A DNA stretch of 64,000 bases. It comes from Carcharhinus amblyrhynchos (taxonomy: Eukaryota). This document shows positions 51,440 to 63,137 of this stretch, piece after piece; position 1 is the stretch's first letter, and each line of letters starts with the position of its first letter. The stretch spans positions 45,756,001-45,820,000 of the forward strand of contig OZ336884.1 in the NCBI GenBank assembly GCA_965287045.1, given 5' to 3'. Position numbers and translations under genes: made by a program. The notes under the pieces were generated by a model. It was not told the origin of the DNA. It ran no database searches and was given only the letters and a program-made list of their open reading frames with translations.

Positions 51440-51660
51440 TGGCAATGTGCAGGACATTGATAGTGATGGATTCTGTAATAGTAATGTCAATGAGAGATGG
51501 TTAGATTCTCTGCTGTTGGCGACAGTCATTGCCTGGTACTTGTGTGGCATGAATGCTACTTACCATTTGTCAGCCCAAGTCTGAACATTGTCCATGTCTT
51601 GCTGCATATGGACATGAACTACTTCAGTATCTGATATGATGCAGATTGTGCAATCAGGAG
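51440..51660 (-). mobile_element. CR1/L2-group LINE (segment 2, continues segment 1)
   Basis: Minus strand QQDMDNVQTWADKW*VAFMPHKYQAMT..RESNHL lies directly upstream of the IDQKL segment in this LINE type. Confidence 0.8.
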
Positions 51661-52964
51661 TGCTGGCTTTCTCTTCGATGCATTGTAAAAATATCACTTC
51701 TTAATCTGAATATTTGAACTGTTGCAGGTGACTCTGCTTTTAATGCCAACAATCTGAGATGGGCCCATAGATGGACATACTAATGTCCCCCTATAGGCTC
51801 CTGTTTTTCTTACCTTGACGAACTGTCTCCACTACATCCTTGTCACCAGGCCCTTCCCTCTTGCATTCCTCCATGCCCCTGATCCCACCCTCTGTCCTCC
51901 CCTGAATCCCTCTTCAATGCCTTCCTGGATAACAGTAAAAATTGAATTTTTGGTTAATTTGCAAAAACTTACATTGTGATATTTTAACTATTGAATTACC
52001 ATACTCCTTAACTTCCTATACAGCTGAGATGGTAGGTGGAATGTGCCTTAGGTCTCTGTAAATAGTCATACAACTCTTCAATGACATTTGATGCACTATG
52101 ATCCAAAAGGACATGTAATAAACTTTCTCTGTCTTGTCATATGATGAGATATCTTACTTTTACTTGCTGATGGAAAATTCCTACACTGAATATAGCCTAG
52201 TGTCTTGACCAATGTATGATACAGTGGGCTAGGGAAAAGCCATAAACCATTGCATTTCTTGGCTAATAAATCAGTTTTATTATTGCTACAATACGAGCCC
52301 GGGTTCCTCGCTGACTGGTTAATGAGCTACAGTTTTTTTGGAGATAGATTGTACTCAAATTAAATTGAAACTGAAATGAAAGCTCAGGATTAAAATTTGA
52401 CTTTTGAGATGGTGTCAACAGATCAGCAGCACTTTTACACCTCACTCTTTTTCTATTGAAGTGTCCATGACTTTGCAACAAGATGTTATAACGTACCTTA
52501 ATCATTGTTTCAGCAACATATCAGCCACAAAATGACATTCATCAATTTTGAAATCTCCCAAAGGCAGAATATAGATTCTGAATGTCAGTTTTCTTTTTAG
52601 TGCTTTACTATGAGAACTAAAAGATAAATTATTAAGTTATTTATGAATAAATAACATGTCACAGTGTACATGATACCTTATGGCTTGAATACATACAAGA
52701 TATAGAAGTGATTAGAAAATTTTGTGGAAATTGATTTGAACTGAAGTAATTAACATACAAAGGGAACTAAGCCAATTGGCAAACAAGGCCGACTGTATGG
52801 AACAGAGTTTAAATCTGCCAACTGTCATTGTGACACTTTCTTTGCTTTAGCAAGGTAACACAACAGCTTGTTTAAACTGTACTTGAGACTACATGAAGAA
52901 GTTTTTTTTTAATGCAGTGTGTGTAGATTGCTTATAGAACCCAATACTGCAGCTTTCAAACAAT

Positions 52965-53211
52965 GTAAGAAGTCTCACAACACCAGGTTAAAATCCAACA
53001 GGTTTATTTGGTAGTTAACACCACTAAATTTTAGGGTTTGCCCCTTTGTCAGGTGAGTGGGAGTTCAGTCCTGGGGCAGTAACCTGATGAAGGGGCAAAC
53101 CCGGAAAGCTAGTGGTGTTTACTACCAAATAAACCTGTTGGACTTTAACCTGGTGTTGTGAGACTTCTTACTGTGTTTACCCCAGCCCACCGCCAGTGTC
53201 TCCACATCATG
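52965..53211 (+). mobile_element. Fold-back PLE-like insertion with two opposed hammerhead motifs
   Basis: ~90-bp imperfect arms (52965-53054 / 53082-53171), tail, 15-bp TSD gctttcaaacaatgt (52952-52966 / 53212-53226). Confidence 0.9.
53081..53115 (+). ncRNA. Minimal hammerhead motif, core intact, stems weakened
   Basis: CTGATGA 53084-53090, aggggcaaacccg, GAAA-GCTA-gtgg. The minus-strand mirror at 53021-53057 has a mutated core. Confidence 0.55.
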
Positions 53212-55203
53212 GCTTTCAAACAATGTCAGCGTCTTAATTAGTCACAGCAATTGTACAACATTATATATAAGATAATTAAAGCATGTCGTTTTTGTACAAG
53301 CTATATAATTAACTTTTGTTTGGGTGATAAGCAATCCTGATGGCTGTTTGGTAATATGCAAATCAATAGACAAAATTAAATTACATGATAATGTGAGCCA
53401 AACAATTTGCCAACACAAACAAGTACCAAAACTTGCCATGCAATTATTTTTCACCTCAACTTTATTTGTCCAAGTTTTAGGACATCAGTCACCTACTCGT
53501 TATATACATCAGTATAAAACACACCCATAGGTAATGCTGTTTGTAAACATTTTAAAACACTTATAGATACCTGCCTTTGTGCAAACTCTGCCACTTTACA
53601 TGATGCATGGAGAGACGCACTAAAGGTTTGTGTAGTTGCTGCAAAGATTAATGGGGAAAGGTGACTTTCTAAGGCTCTCCTGCTATTGTACAAGGGATGT
53701 ATGTTTGCCATGAAATAAATATTGTAAATGTAAGCTGTAATACTAAGGCACATCAAAGAGTGCCACACACTATATTTGAAAAAATTGAATTGTTCTGGGG
53801 GGGAAAAAAAAACCCTACTAGTTCACATGTGCTTTTCTGAGGACATAACAGAGTTTAAAAAAGACAGAAAATTATTCTTGTATCCCCTCTCAAGTATGAC
53901 CAGTCAGTGATTGTGCATAGGTGTTCCTACCTGACATGACAAAAATTCTAATAATCGTGGCCATTACAATTCTGCATTTTTACACCCTCCTCACTACAGT
54001 CCTGTTAATAATTTTCATATTATAGTGTGAATATGACCATAAGATTTATTAGAAACTCCACCAACAGAGGGTGCTATGGCATAGAGTAAATTCAGCTGAA
54101 TATTTGTCGATCTCATTGAATTTTTACATTTTTTTTCAACGTAGGAGAGAAGGTTTTATGGAGGAATCACTCTGCCTCCATTTTGTCTGCAATTTTGTTT
54201 GTTGCAAAGTGTGTGTTTATTTATACAAAACCTGCTCATCTTTACCTCCCTACTCCTTAAGTCATTTGGTTTGGCTTTAAACAGAAACATCAAAAATAAA
54301 TCTATCTTTTCTCTTCTGATTGTATGTTACCTCTCTCCTTTTTTTTCATTGTTCTTCCCACTTGCATTGCTCCTGAATGTACTGGCTACTTGTGATGTCT
54401 TATGATCCCCAGAGTTCAAAATAATCACACTATTTTACCCAGCTACAGAAGCTGACATCAGATGCATTTCTCAGAGTTTGCCATGGACTACAGACTGACA
54501 CTGTTGCTTTGTTATACTGAATCAAAGAAATAGGGGTAGCCAGAATATGGAGTTGAAACCACAATCAGGTCAGCCATGATCTTATTGAGTAGCAAAGCAG
54601 ATCTGTGAGGCCCCTGCTCCATACACAGTACAGTATGGAATGATGTGATTTCTACATATACATGCATGTGCCTAACAATAAAGTTTTTAACTGTTCAAAA
54701 AATGTAACAATATAACACCACTTGCTGGATTGCAGCTGCAGGGTTAATGGTTGTAGCACAGTATATTTCCCACCAAGTCACAATCCATTACTGATTAGCT
54801 TGATCCAGTCTTTCAAATTGCACAACAGCTCTTCCAACAGGGTTGCTGGGAACTGACCAGAAGTGGGAACCTTGACTGATTTTCTTCTCTTCCACCCCAA
54901 AACATGAGGTCAAATGAATAACATGAACCTCTTTGAAAGAGATTGGCAGTGGCAGTACATCCTAGAGATCAAATCTGTGTTTCTCTCATCTGTATGGATG
55001 AGACAGTTACTGCATAAAAACACTAAATTACAGAGAGCTGTTCCTTCCCTATTTATGCTCTGTTTGGTCACACCTTTTTCTGTTCCAAATGTCACTAATC
55101 ATCACAGTATGTAAACATGACAACTTTAACAATATGTTGGATCTTAACAAAGATGTCTGGTTCGGATCTATGTGGAGAGTTAAACAAACTGACATTTGCC
55201 AGT

Positions 55204-55819
55204 ACATAAGAAATAGGAGCAGGAGTAGGCCATCTAGCCCCTCGAGCCTGCCCCGCCATTCAATAAGATCATGGCTGATCTGTCGTGGCTCAGTTCCACA
55301 TTCCTGCCCTCTCCCCATAACCCTTAATCCCCTTGCCTATCAAAAACCTATCAACCTGCGTCTTAAAAATATTAAGCGAGGCAGCCTCCACCACTTCAAC
55401 GGGCAGAGAATTCCAGAGATTCACCACCCTTTGAGTGAAGAAGTTCCTCCTCAACTCCGTTCTAAACCGCCCCCCCCTTTATCCTGAGGCTGTGCCCTCT
55501 AGTCCTACTGTCCTTTCTGAGCGGGAAGAGCCTCTCCACCTCTATCCTATCCATCCCATTCAACATCTTATACGTCTCAATGAGATCTCCCCTCATTCTT
55601 CTAAACTCTAACGAGTACAAGGCTAGTTTATTCAGCCTCTCCTCACAGTTCAACCCCCTCAACTCCGGAATCAGCCTGGTAAACCTCCTCTGCACTCCCT
55701 CCAAGGCCAAAATATCCTTGTGTAAGTGCGGCGACCAAAACTGCACACAGTACTCCAGCTGCGGCCTCACCAGTGCCCTATACAGCTGCAGCAAGACCTC
55801 CCTACTTTTATATTCAATC
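55204..55819 (-). mobile_element. Young 5'-truncated CR1, same subfamily as 50144
   Basis: Collinear with 50153-50765; about 35 differences by eye; one extra C in a C-run shifts the frame (ORF 55462-55842). Confidence 0.95.
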
Positions 55820-55884
55820 ATAGGAGCTGAAACCAAGTTCACCCTTGATTTTCATCACTTCTCTACTGGTGGTCTTTTTTTTTT

Positions 55885-55991
55885 AAAAAGTTTATTTATT
55901 AGTCACAAGGAAGGCTTACATTAACACTGCAATGAAGTTACTGTGAAATTCCCCTAGTCATCGCATTCCGACGCCTGTTCAGGTCAATGCA
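55885..55991 (-). mobile_element. V-SINE 3' tail fragment
   Basis: aaagtttatttattagtcacaag...acactgcaatgaagttactgtgaaattcccctagtc, matching the 21303 and 14684 tails. Confidence 0.8.
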
Positions 55992-55992
55992 A

Positions 55993-56225
55993 TCAGCTAC
56001 TTTGGCCCTAAGCTCTGGAATTCCCCAACTGTCTCACTACCTTTCTCTGCTCCTTCAAGATATTCCTTAAAATCTACCTCAATGAACTAAACATTTGGTC
56101 ATTTGAACTCATGTCTTCGTGCCTTGTTGTTAAAAACATTTCTCTTTAATCGATAATACTCTGCTCAATGGTTTTGGAATGTTCTGCTATCTTAAAATTG
56201 CTTTATAAACACAAGTTACTGTTGC
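55993..56225 (+). mobile_element. L2-like LINE 3' end
   Basis: ggccctaagctctggaattccc...ccttaaaatctacctc...gctttataaacacaagttactgttg. Confidence 0.7.
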
Positions 56226-57568
56226 TTGTAATTTCCCCGGATACATCAGTTTCATTGTCAGCCATGTACATCGAATCTCTAGCACAGAAACAGGGTATTC
56301 TGCCTAAGCAAGTGTTTCTTCACCACACAGACCCTCCTCCACATTAACTATTCTCAACCTACCCGTACACCCTTATATTTGCTTCTTCATCATTTATGCA
56401 TGAAATCTCTCTTTAACTGAGTTAATGATACCTGCTTTAACCACTTGCTTCAGCTGTGAAGTCCATCCTTACTTTTTGTATTCTCTCCTTGTTTATTATT
56501 TGATCTTGCATATATTTATGCCGCTTTATTCTAGACTCATGCAAAAGTGGAAATAGTTTGCCCGCATCAATAATGTCAAACCATTTTACTATGATGAAGC
56601 CCAACTAATGGGATATTTTTTCTTTTACTTCACATATTTTTTGTTCAATAGCAATTCATCAAATCAATTTCACGAACAATTGGATACATTTTGAAAGTGA
56701 AGTAAAATCTATACCTAGTTTTTCTTTTCATCTGTGTGTGAGAAGACAGCTTTCTGACTGTACACCTGTTGTGTTCTGTAAACACTAAAAATTGCATTAA
56801 CAGAGGGACGAGAGAAAGTGAGTATTGGGTATGAATGTGCATATTTTGCTTTATTCAATTCTATTTTTAAAACAGCTAATATTTGAAGCCAGCTACTTAT
56901 TAGAAATGAGAGGAGATGGGGCAGCTGTAGTTGTTAGAGACAACATTACGGCAGTAGGAGAAAAGGTACAGCTTTCAGCAAGACATGAGTAGAACCGATT
57001 TGAATAGAAATTAAAGAGAATAAAGAATCAATCACACAAATTGGTTTAGTCTATAGATCACCTATTCGTGGAAGGGAGGTGGAGGAAGAAATATGCAGGC
57101 AAATCTGGGAATTGAATAAAAACATAATCATCATAGACAATTTCAACCATTCTGATATTTGTTAGACAAAAGAGGTAGGTAAAGGAAGGTAAGGGGGTTG
57201 AGTTCCTGCAACATGTACAGGGCTCCTTTCTAATGTAACATCTAAAAAAAACCCAGAGGAGAAGATTCACTATTGGATTGAGTAAAGGAAAATGAAGTAG
57301 AGTAGATAAAAACAAAAATAGGGGAACATCTAGGCAACAGTGACTATAATATAATGTGCTTTATAATAGCAGTCATAATTATGATGAAACCAATAAATGC
57401 TGGCCTGGGCAGTGACGCCCACAATTCATGAGTGAGGAAAAAAGAGACCAAAACTGCATCCAGTACTCAAGGTGTTGTTTGAGCAAAACTCTGTGCAGCT
57501 GTACAACGTTTCCTTATTATTATATTCCAATATCTTTACAATAATATATAGAGTGGACACAGGGAGAA

Positions 57569-57612
57569 CATTTCCCCTTTCAGGGAACAGCATTTCCCCT
57601 TTCAGGGAACAG
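57569..57612. repeat. 22-bp exact tandem duplication catttcccctttcagggaacag x2
   Basis: Copies at 57569-57590 and 57591-57612. Confidence 0.9.
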
Positions 57613-57649
57613 CTTAATTGGAGGAAATTAACATAAGGTATAGATAATA

Positions 57650-57786
57650 AAGGCGAAATATTGCAGCTGCTAGAAATCTGAAATAAAAACAGAAAATGCT
57701 GGAAAATCTCAGCAAGTCTGTCAGCATCTCTGGAGAGCTTAGCAAAATTAATATTTCAAGTTCAGTATGATTCTTCTTCAGAACTC
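57650..57786 (-). mobile_element. PLE-like end (second family) with decayed hammerhead
   Basis: aaatctgaaataaaaacagaaaatgctggaaaatctcagcaagtctgtcagcatc; the reverse of cttcttcag gives a CTGAAGA core remnant. Confidence 0.6.
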
Positions 57787-59246
57787 TAGTTTCAAAGAGT
57801 GGTGAGACTGTGGAACTTGCTACTGCAAAGTGAATATTATAGATGTATTTAAAAACATGAGAGGGAAGGAAGTAGTGGGTTGCAATGATAGATAAGAGGA
57901 GATGGGAAGAGGCTCGAGTGGAGCATGGACTGGTTGATAACTTGTTTCAGTGCTATATATTCTACGTAATCCTGTTTCTTCACTTGTGTTTTGTTACCAC
58001 AAAAGCTCAATATTAATTATGGACTCTTGTATGAGACCAATTCTAATTTCTAACAGAGATACACAAATAGAAGCAGAAGCAGATCTTTTTTCAAATTGTT
58101 GAATTTTAGAAGCAAATATAGCCTCAGGAGGGAAACAGATAAAACCAAGGCAAAGCAAAAGAAGGTGGGAAGAAAATCAATTACGCTTTCGGATCTCTGC
58201 ATTTGACAACTATTGTCTTATCACAATGATAAATTGAAATTTTTTCTGTTGTGAGTCTGAAACGCATGTTATACAACCAATTGGGTTGATATGTTTCGAT
58301 GAATCATGAAGGCAGAGGTAAAGAGGCTTCTTCACATTCAACCTTGGGGGGAATGAGGAACAGTGGCAGAAATCGGCTGGCTGGAGGATTAAACATAAGG
58401 TGGATAAAAGTAGGCCAAGCAGGAAAGAGAGAAAGAAGAGATGAATAATTAGTTCAAAGACAAAGAAGGTAAGGATGTTATAGGAGTGCAATGGTGCAAA
58501 TATGCAGTGATTAGGTGAAGGAGCAGAGGGCGCAGTGAAGCAGAGGCTGTGATAACGTGCAATAAATTGAGAAAAATATGAGAAGCGTAGATGACAGTCC
58601 CTTTTCCACCTACAATGCTCAAATAAAATATTGACTCTAGCTATTGATAGCTTCCTACCCCACAATACCTTCCATTCAAGTGATCAGCTCAGCCTATTCC
58701 TTGCAGGTTTTAAAATTTGTTTCTCTGTTCTAAATAATTTTCCTGATGGTTTACACATTGAAGTAAATGTGACACATAAAAACAGAAAAACAAGCAACAA
58801 GTTCAAGGGATATATACAGCTAAAGGGCAAAGAGATACAGAAGCAGAAGTAGTAAAATAAAAAATATCAGGGACAGTTAAGTGAATGATCATATTCATCA
58901 AATTACGATGTGAAATTCTCTTCTTTACCCTTTCCTCTGATCTCTTTACCTACTCCTCTTTCATTTAGCATTATCCTTAAAACTCAACTCTCTTCACCTC
59001 TCAAAGTCTTATTTGACTTTATGTCCACTTAAAAAAAAACTTCCTTATGAAATGCTTTGGAATGCTTTTCTATTTGGAAGACACTTCCAAATGATTAATA
59101 TTGTTTTACACAGTTTGAGATGTACCCATTAGTCTGCTGCAAACATGATGGCTGTTTGAGTTTCTTTTAAATAGCGATCTCAAACTTTTAGATACATTTT
59201 TAACTGCACCCCATTTTTTGATACTTACTAAGTTGTCAAAGGCAAA

Positions 59247-59568
59247 GAGCGGCATGGTAGCACAGTGGTTAGCACTGCTGCTTCACAGCTCCAGAGACCT
59301 GGGTTTGATCCCAGCTTGGGTCACTGTGTGGAGTTTGCACATTCTCCTCGTGTCTGCATGGGTTTCCTCCGGGTGCTCCAGTTTCCTTCCACAGTCCAAA
59401 GATGTGCGGGTTAGGTTGATTGGCCTAAAAAAAATTGCTCTTAGTGTCCTGAGATATGTAGGTTGGAGGGATTAGTGGTAAAATATGGGGATAGGGTCTG
59501 GGTGGGATTGTGGTCAGTGCAGACTCGATGGGCTGAATGGCCTCTTTCTGTATTGTGTGGATTCTATG
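59247..59568 (+). mobile_element. Full-length HE1-like V-SINE with CR1-type tail
   Basis: ggcatggtagcacagtggttagcactgctg (A-box), gggtttgatccc (B-box), V-domain, tail gggctgaatggcct...gattctatga. Confidence 0.9.
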
Positions 59569-59997
59569 AAGATTATATTAGTGCAATTTAAAAAATATTA
59601 ATAAATACACAATTTTAATTTGGTTGTAATGGGTAACACAACCTCTCTGTGTATGATTTGTTATGGTGCTGGTGACAGTGTTACACAATAACAGCAAATA
59701 GGAACGAAAAGTCAATTCTGCCTTTCTTCAAAACTACATCTTCCCTGGTGTTCACTAACTCCAACAGTTGTCTGAACCTCTTGTTGAAGTAATTAATTTA
59801 AAATGGCTTTACTAATCTGCAAAATATTTGACCATCTGTGTAAAAATGCTATTTTTATTGTTTACCCAATACAAGGCGAGTGTACTTTTTAAATACCAAA
59901 ACCAGATCCACATTTTGTAAAAAAAAAATTCGACTGGAAATAAATATATTTTGCCTTTCACTGACTTAGACTGCCAATCAGTTTATCACTTATTTTT

Positions 59998-60271
59998 TGG
60001 TGACTGACTGTGGAGTTTGCACTTTCTTCCTACGCCCACATGGATTTCCTCTGGTTTCTCCCACAATCCAAGGATATGTAGTTTAGATGGATTGGCCATG
60101 CTAAATTGCTCCTTAATGTCAAAAAAAGTATAGGTTAGGTGGAATAGCCATGGTAAATGGGTTACAGGGATAGGGCAGTGGGCTGGGCAAGATGGTCTTT
60201 CAGAGACTCGGTACAGAATCAATGGGCTGAATGGCCTCCTTCAGCACTGTAGAAGTTTTATTGCATTCTAT
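59998..60271 (+). mobile_element. 5'-truncated HE1-like V-SINE
   Basis: tgtggagtttgcac...ggattggccatgctaaattg...tgggctgaatggcctccttcagcactgta. Confidence 0.85.
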
Positions 60272-61109
60272 GGTGTGAACATCTTTCACCTTCCTCCCAG
60301 TGTCAAACTGGGCCCAATTGTACCTATAGCAACTTAGAGCTTCAAGACTCATTGTGCAGAGTCAACAGATGCTGTTCTTTTGTAGAACCACACAATTTGC
60401 TGTTGTTTCGAAGTTTCAGTGCTGGATATGAATATAGGTGGCACTTGCCAATTTCTGTTGTTTTTCATGAACTGAGCAAGGAGGACTCAAGCATGTTACT
60501 GTCAGACAGGAGTCATAGATATGACAGACACTGAATCCATTGCAGGTCACATGAATTGCTTCATTCCTCCAGTTTATTGGAAATTAAAGAGATGATTCCA
60601 AAACATAATCTTTTAGACTTCTTATTCGCAACAACAGCTTTCTCTGATCAAGACAATGATTTGTTTGTCATCTCATCTGACCAACAAAAATGCAAATTTA
60701 ATGCTATGCTTTATAACAGGAAAAGCAGTGGTTTCACACAGTTGTGGTTTTTAATTATTTTATAGTCCAATCCATTCTTTCTGAACAATTGCAGGCCCTC
60801 AAACATCAAAAATATAAGCAGGCTTTAACTCCACTGCCAAAACAAGCTTTTCAAATGTCACTAAGATTAATGGTAGGTAATTGTTGACTAGATGCAGAAA
60901 AGTTCTCTTTTGGGGCTGACTTGCAAGCTATTGCAACCTTGTCATCTAACAAAATCATATTAAAAAATTATAATATCTTCATAAAGCCTTTCCTGCATAG
61001 CTAATTAAAACTAAAACCCACTTGTCAACACAACTTGTTGGTTACTAGAGCACAAAATTCTATTTCCAAAGTTACGAAATTTTAATCAATTTAGTTATTT
61101 TTGAATTTA

Positions 61110-61370
61110 TTTTGTAGCTTGTACACTGCACTTTAATCAGGCCACTGAAGTTGGCCTATTGGAATACAAACTCCCCAATTAAAGAGCCAATTGATGGGCC
61201 AATCAGGGAGACTTTACTTTGTGTATGACTGGGAGTGTTAGTTCCTCTGCCACTCTTGAAGGTAGACTACTGACTGACAGCACTCTGTACAGTGCTGTTA
61301 GAATTGTAAATAAAGGGATTCTGGTGAAGGTTCTTTGGCCTTAATAAACTTATTGTATTTATTACTTATT
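61110..61370 (+). mobile_element. Probable solo LTR
   Basis: CCAAT boxes (gccaatcagg) and a poly(A) signal tgtaaataaaggg...ggtga in an LTR-like layout. Ends are not resolved. Confidence 0.4.
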
Positions 61371-61527
61371 ATACCACAGTAAACTAAGCGCAATGCAGTC
61401 TGAAAGCTTAAATTAAAATGATACAAAACTTTTGATGAGCTTCCAGTGAAAGAAGTTAAAATCATTTCAACCATGTGTTGCTGTATACTACAAAAGTAAG
61501 AGTTTATTCAAATGTTATCTGGCTTTT

Positions 61528-61839
61528 GGGGTGGCATGGTTAGCACTGTTACCTCACAGTGTCAGGCACTCAGGTTCGATTACCACCTTGGGTCACTGCA
61601 TGGAGTTTGCACATTCTCCCCGTGTCTGCGTGGATTTCTTCCAGGTGCTCCGGTTTCCTTCCACAATCCAAAGATGTGCAAGTTAGGTGGATTGGCCATG
61701 CTAAATTGCCCCTTAATGTCAGGAGATTATCTAGGGTAAATGCATGGGGTTGTGGGTAGAGGGCCAGGGTGAAATTGTGGTTGGTACAGACTCAATGGGC
61801 TGAATGGCCTTCTTCTGCACTGTCGGATTCTATGATTCT
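61528..61839 (+). mobile_element. HE1-like V-SINE with CR1-type tail
   Basis: caggttcgat B-box, V-domain, tail ...ggattctatgattct. Confidence 0.9.
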
Positions 61840-61911
61840 TGGTTAGGCTCTGATGCTGCAGAATCACAGTAAGGACCTACATGCATAGGTTACTGACAAG
61901 AGTAAAGGATA

Positions 61912-62067
61912 GTATGAAGTCTCACAAAACCAGATTAAAATCCAACAGGTTTATTTGGCAGCATTAGCTTTCGGAGTCTCAGACTCCTTCATCAGATGAG
62001 TGCTGCAGTAAATTAAGTTGAAAGAGAAGTTAGGGTTCAGGGTTTCTGTCATCACTCACCTGATGAA
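61912..62067 (-). mobile_element. PLE-like inverted arm plus a truncated opposite arm
   Basis: gaagtctcacaaaaccagattaaaatccaacaggtttatttgg (same as the 52965 arm); opposite-strand cactcacctgatgaa at 62053-62067. Confidence 0.75.
61962..61998 (-). ncRNA. Minimal type I hammerhead ribozyme motif, intact core
   Basis: Minus strand: cat-CTGATGA-a-ggagtc-tga-gactcc-GAAA-GCTA-atg. Confidence 0.75.
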
Positions 62068-62609
62068 AGATAAAAATTGGCCAGAAAATACAATCTTTCT
62101 AAAACCATTTTCATAAATGAATCATGGTTTATTCCAGTTTACTCATCCAGAATGATCGAAGACCTCCCCCAATGAAACATTCAATCAATTCCTGAATCAC
62201 TTCAGAATTTTCAACTTCAGTACTCAATGCAGAAATACATATGATATGAGCACCTCCAAAGTATGTCAGTACTAAGTGTGTCTGTACTAATTTAAACCCA
62301 TTTCTACTGAACTTCTCTTTCAAATTAATTTAATGCAGCACTCTATAATGTATATTTCATAAAACTCCTGTTAAGACCAAAAGACTTCATTTTTTTCCCA
62401 GGTTTGTTTTTTAAACTAAAACTAAGGAACATTCTAAAACTAGGGAGCAGTCTTGTGGCTGTTCTGTGCACTCTAACCAACTTCCACGTTTTAAAATATT
62501 TTTTCTTGGGATGTGGACATCATTTACAATGCCTAAATTTATTGTCCACTTCTAATTGCCCTCCAAACATTTGCAATGGGCTATCTTCTATGTTTATTGC
62601 AATCCAATA

Positions 62610-63135
62610 AATGCTCCACCATTCATTCTGATCATGGCTGATCCTGCCTTTCCCCCATATCTCTATAGAGCTATATCTAATTTATTCTTGAAATCAGATA
62701 ACATTTTGGTCTCAACTATATTTTGTGGTAGTGAATTCCACACATTCACTACCAAGGGTGAAGAGTGCAAGGGTGAAGGAATTTCTCCTCACCTTAGTCC
62801 CAAAAAGTTTACCTCCTAACTTCAAACTAAGACCCTTCGTTCTAGACTCCCCCACTATCAGGACCATTCTTTGTGAATCTATCCTGTCAAATCCTGTTAG
62901 AATTTTATAGGTTTCTATGAGAACTACTCTCACTTTTCTAAACTCCAATGAATACAATCTTCACTGATTTAGTCTTTCTTCAGATGACAGACCCCGTATG
63001 CCAAAAATCAGCCTGGTAAACCTTCGCTGCACTCCCTCTAAGCAAGGATATCTTTCCTGAGGCAAGGACACCAAAACTGCACACAATACTCCAGGTGTGT
63101 CTTCACCAATAACCTGTATAATTGCAGTAAAATAT
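62610..63135 (-). mobile_element. CR1 RT C-terminal relic
   Basis: ORF 62712-62957 YSLEFRKVRVVLIETYKILTGFDRID...GESRTKG. Confidence 0.85.
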
Positions 63136-63137
63136 CC

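Noticed and set aside
6496-53211. Recurring palindromic units as CRISPR repeats or rho-independent terminators
   Set aside because: Copies are dispersed kilobases apart, each with its own TSD. There is no repeat-spacer periodicity, no cas genes, and the context is eukaryotic.
14490-57612. Short tandem duplications (14490, 31611, 57569) as a common system
   Set aside because: The sequences are unrelated two-copy units, consistent with ordinary slippage or repair duplications.
59247-59325. tRNA genes at SINE heads (also 2570, 21520, 61528)
   Set aside because: A/B boxes run straight into the SINE V-domain and no complete cloverleaf is evident.
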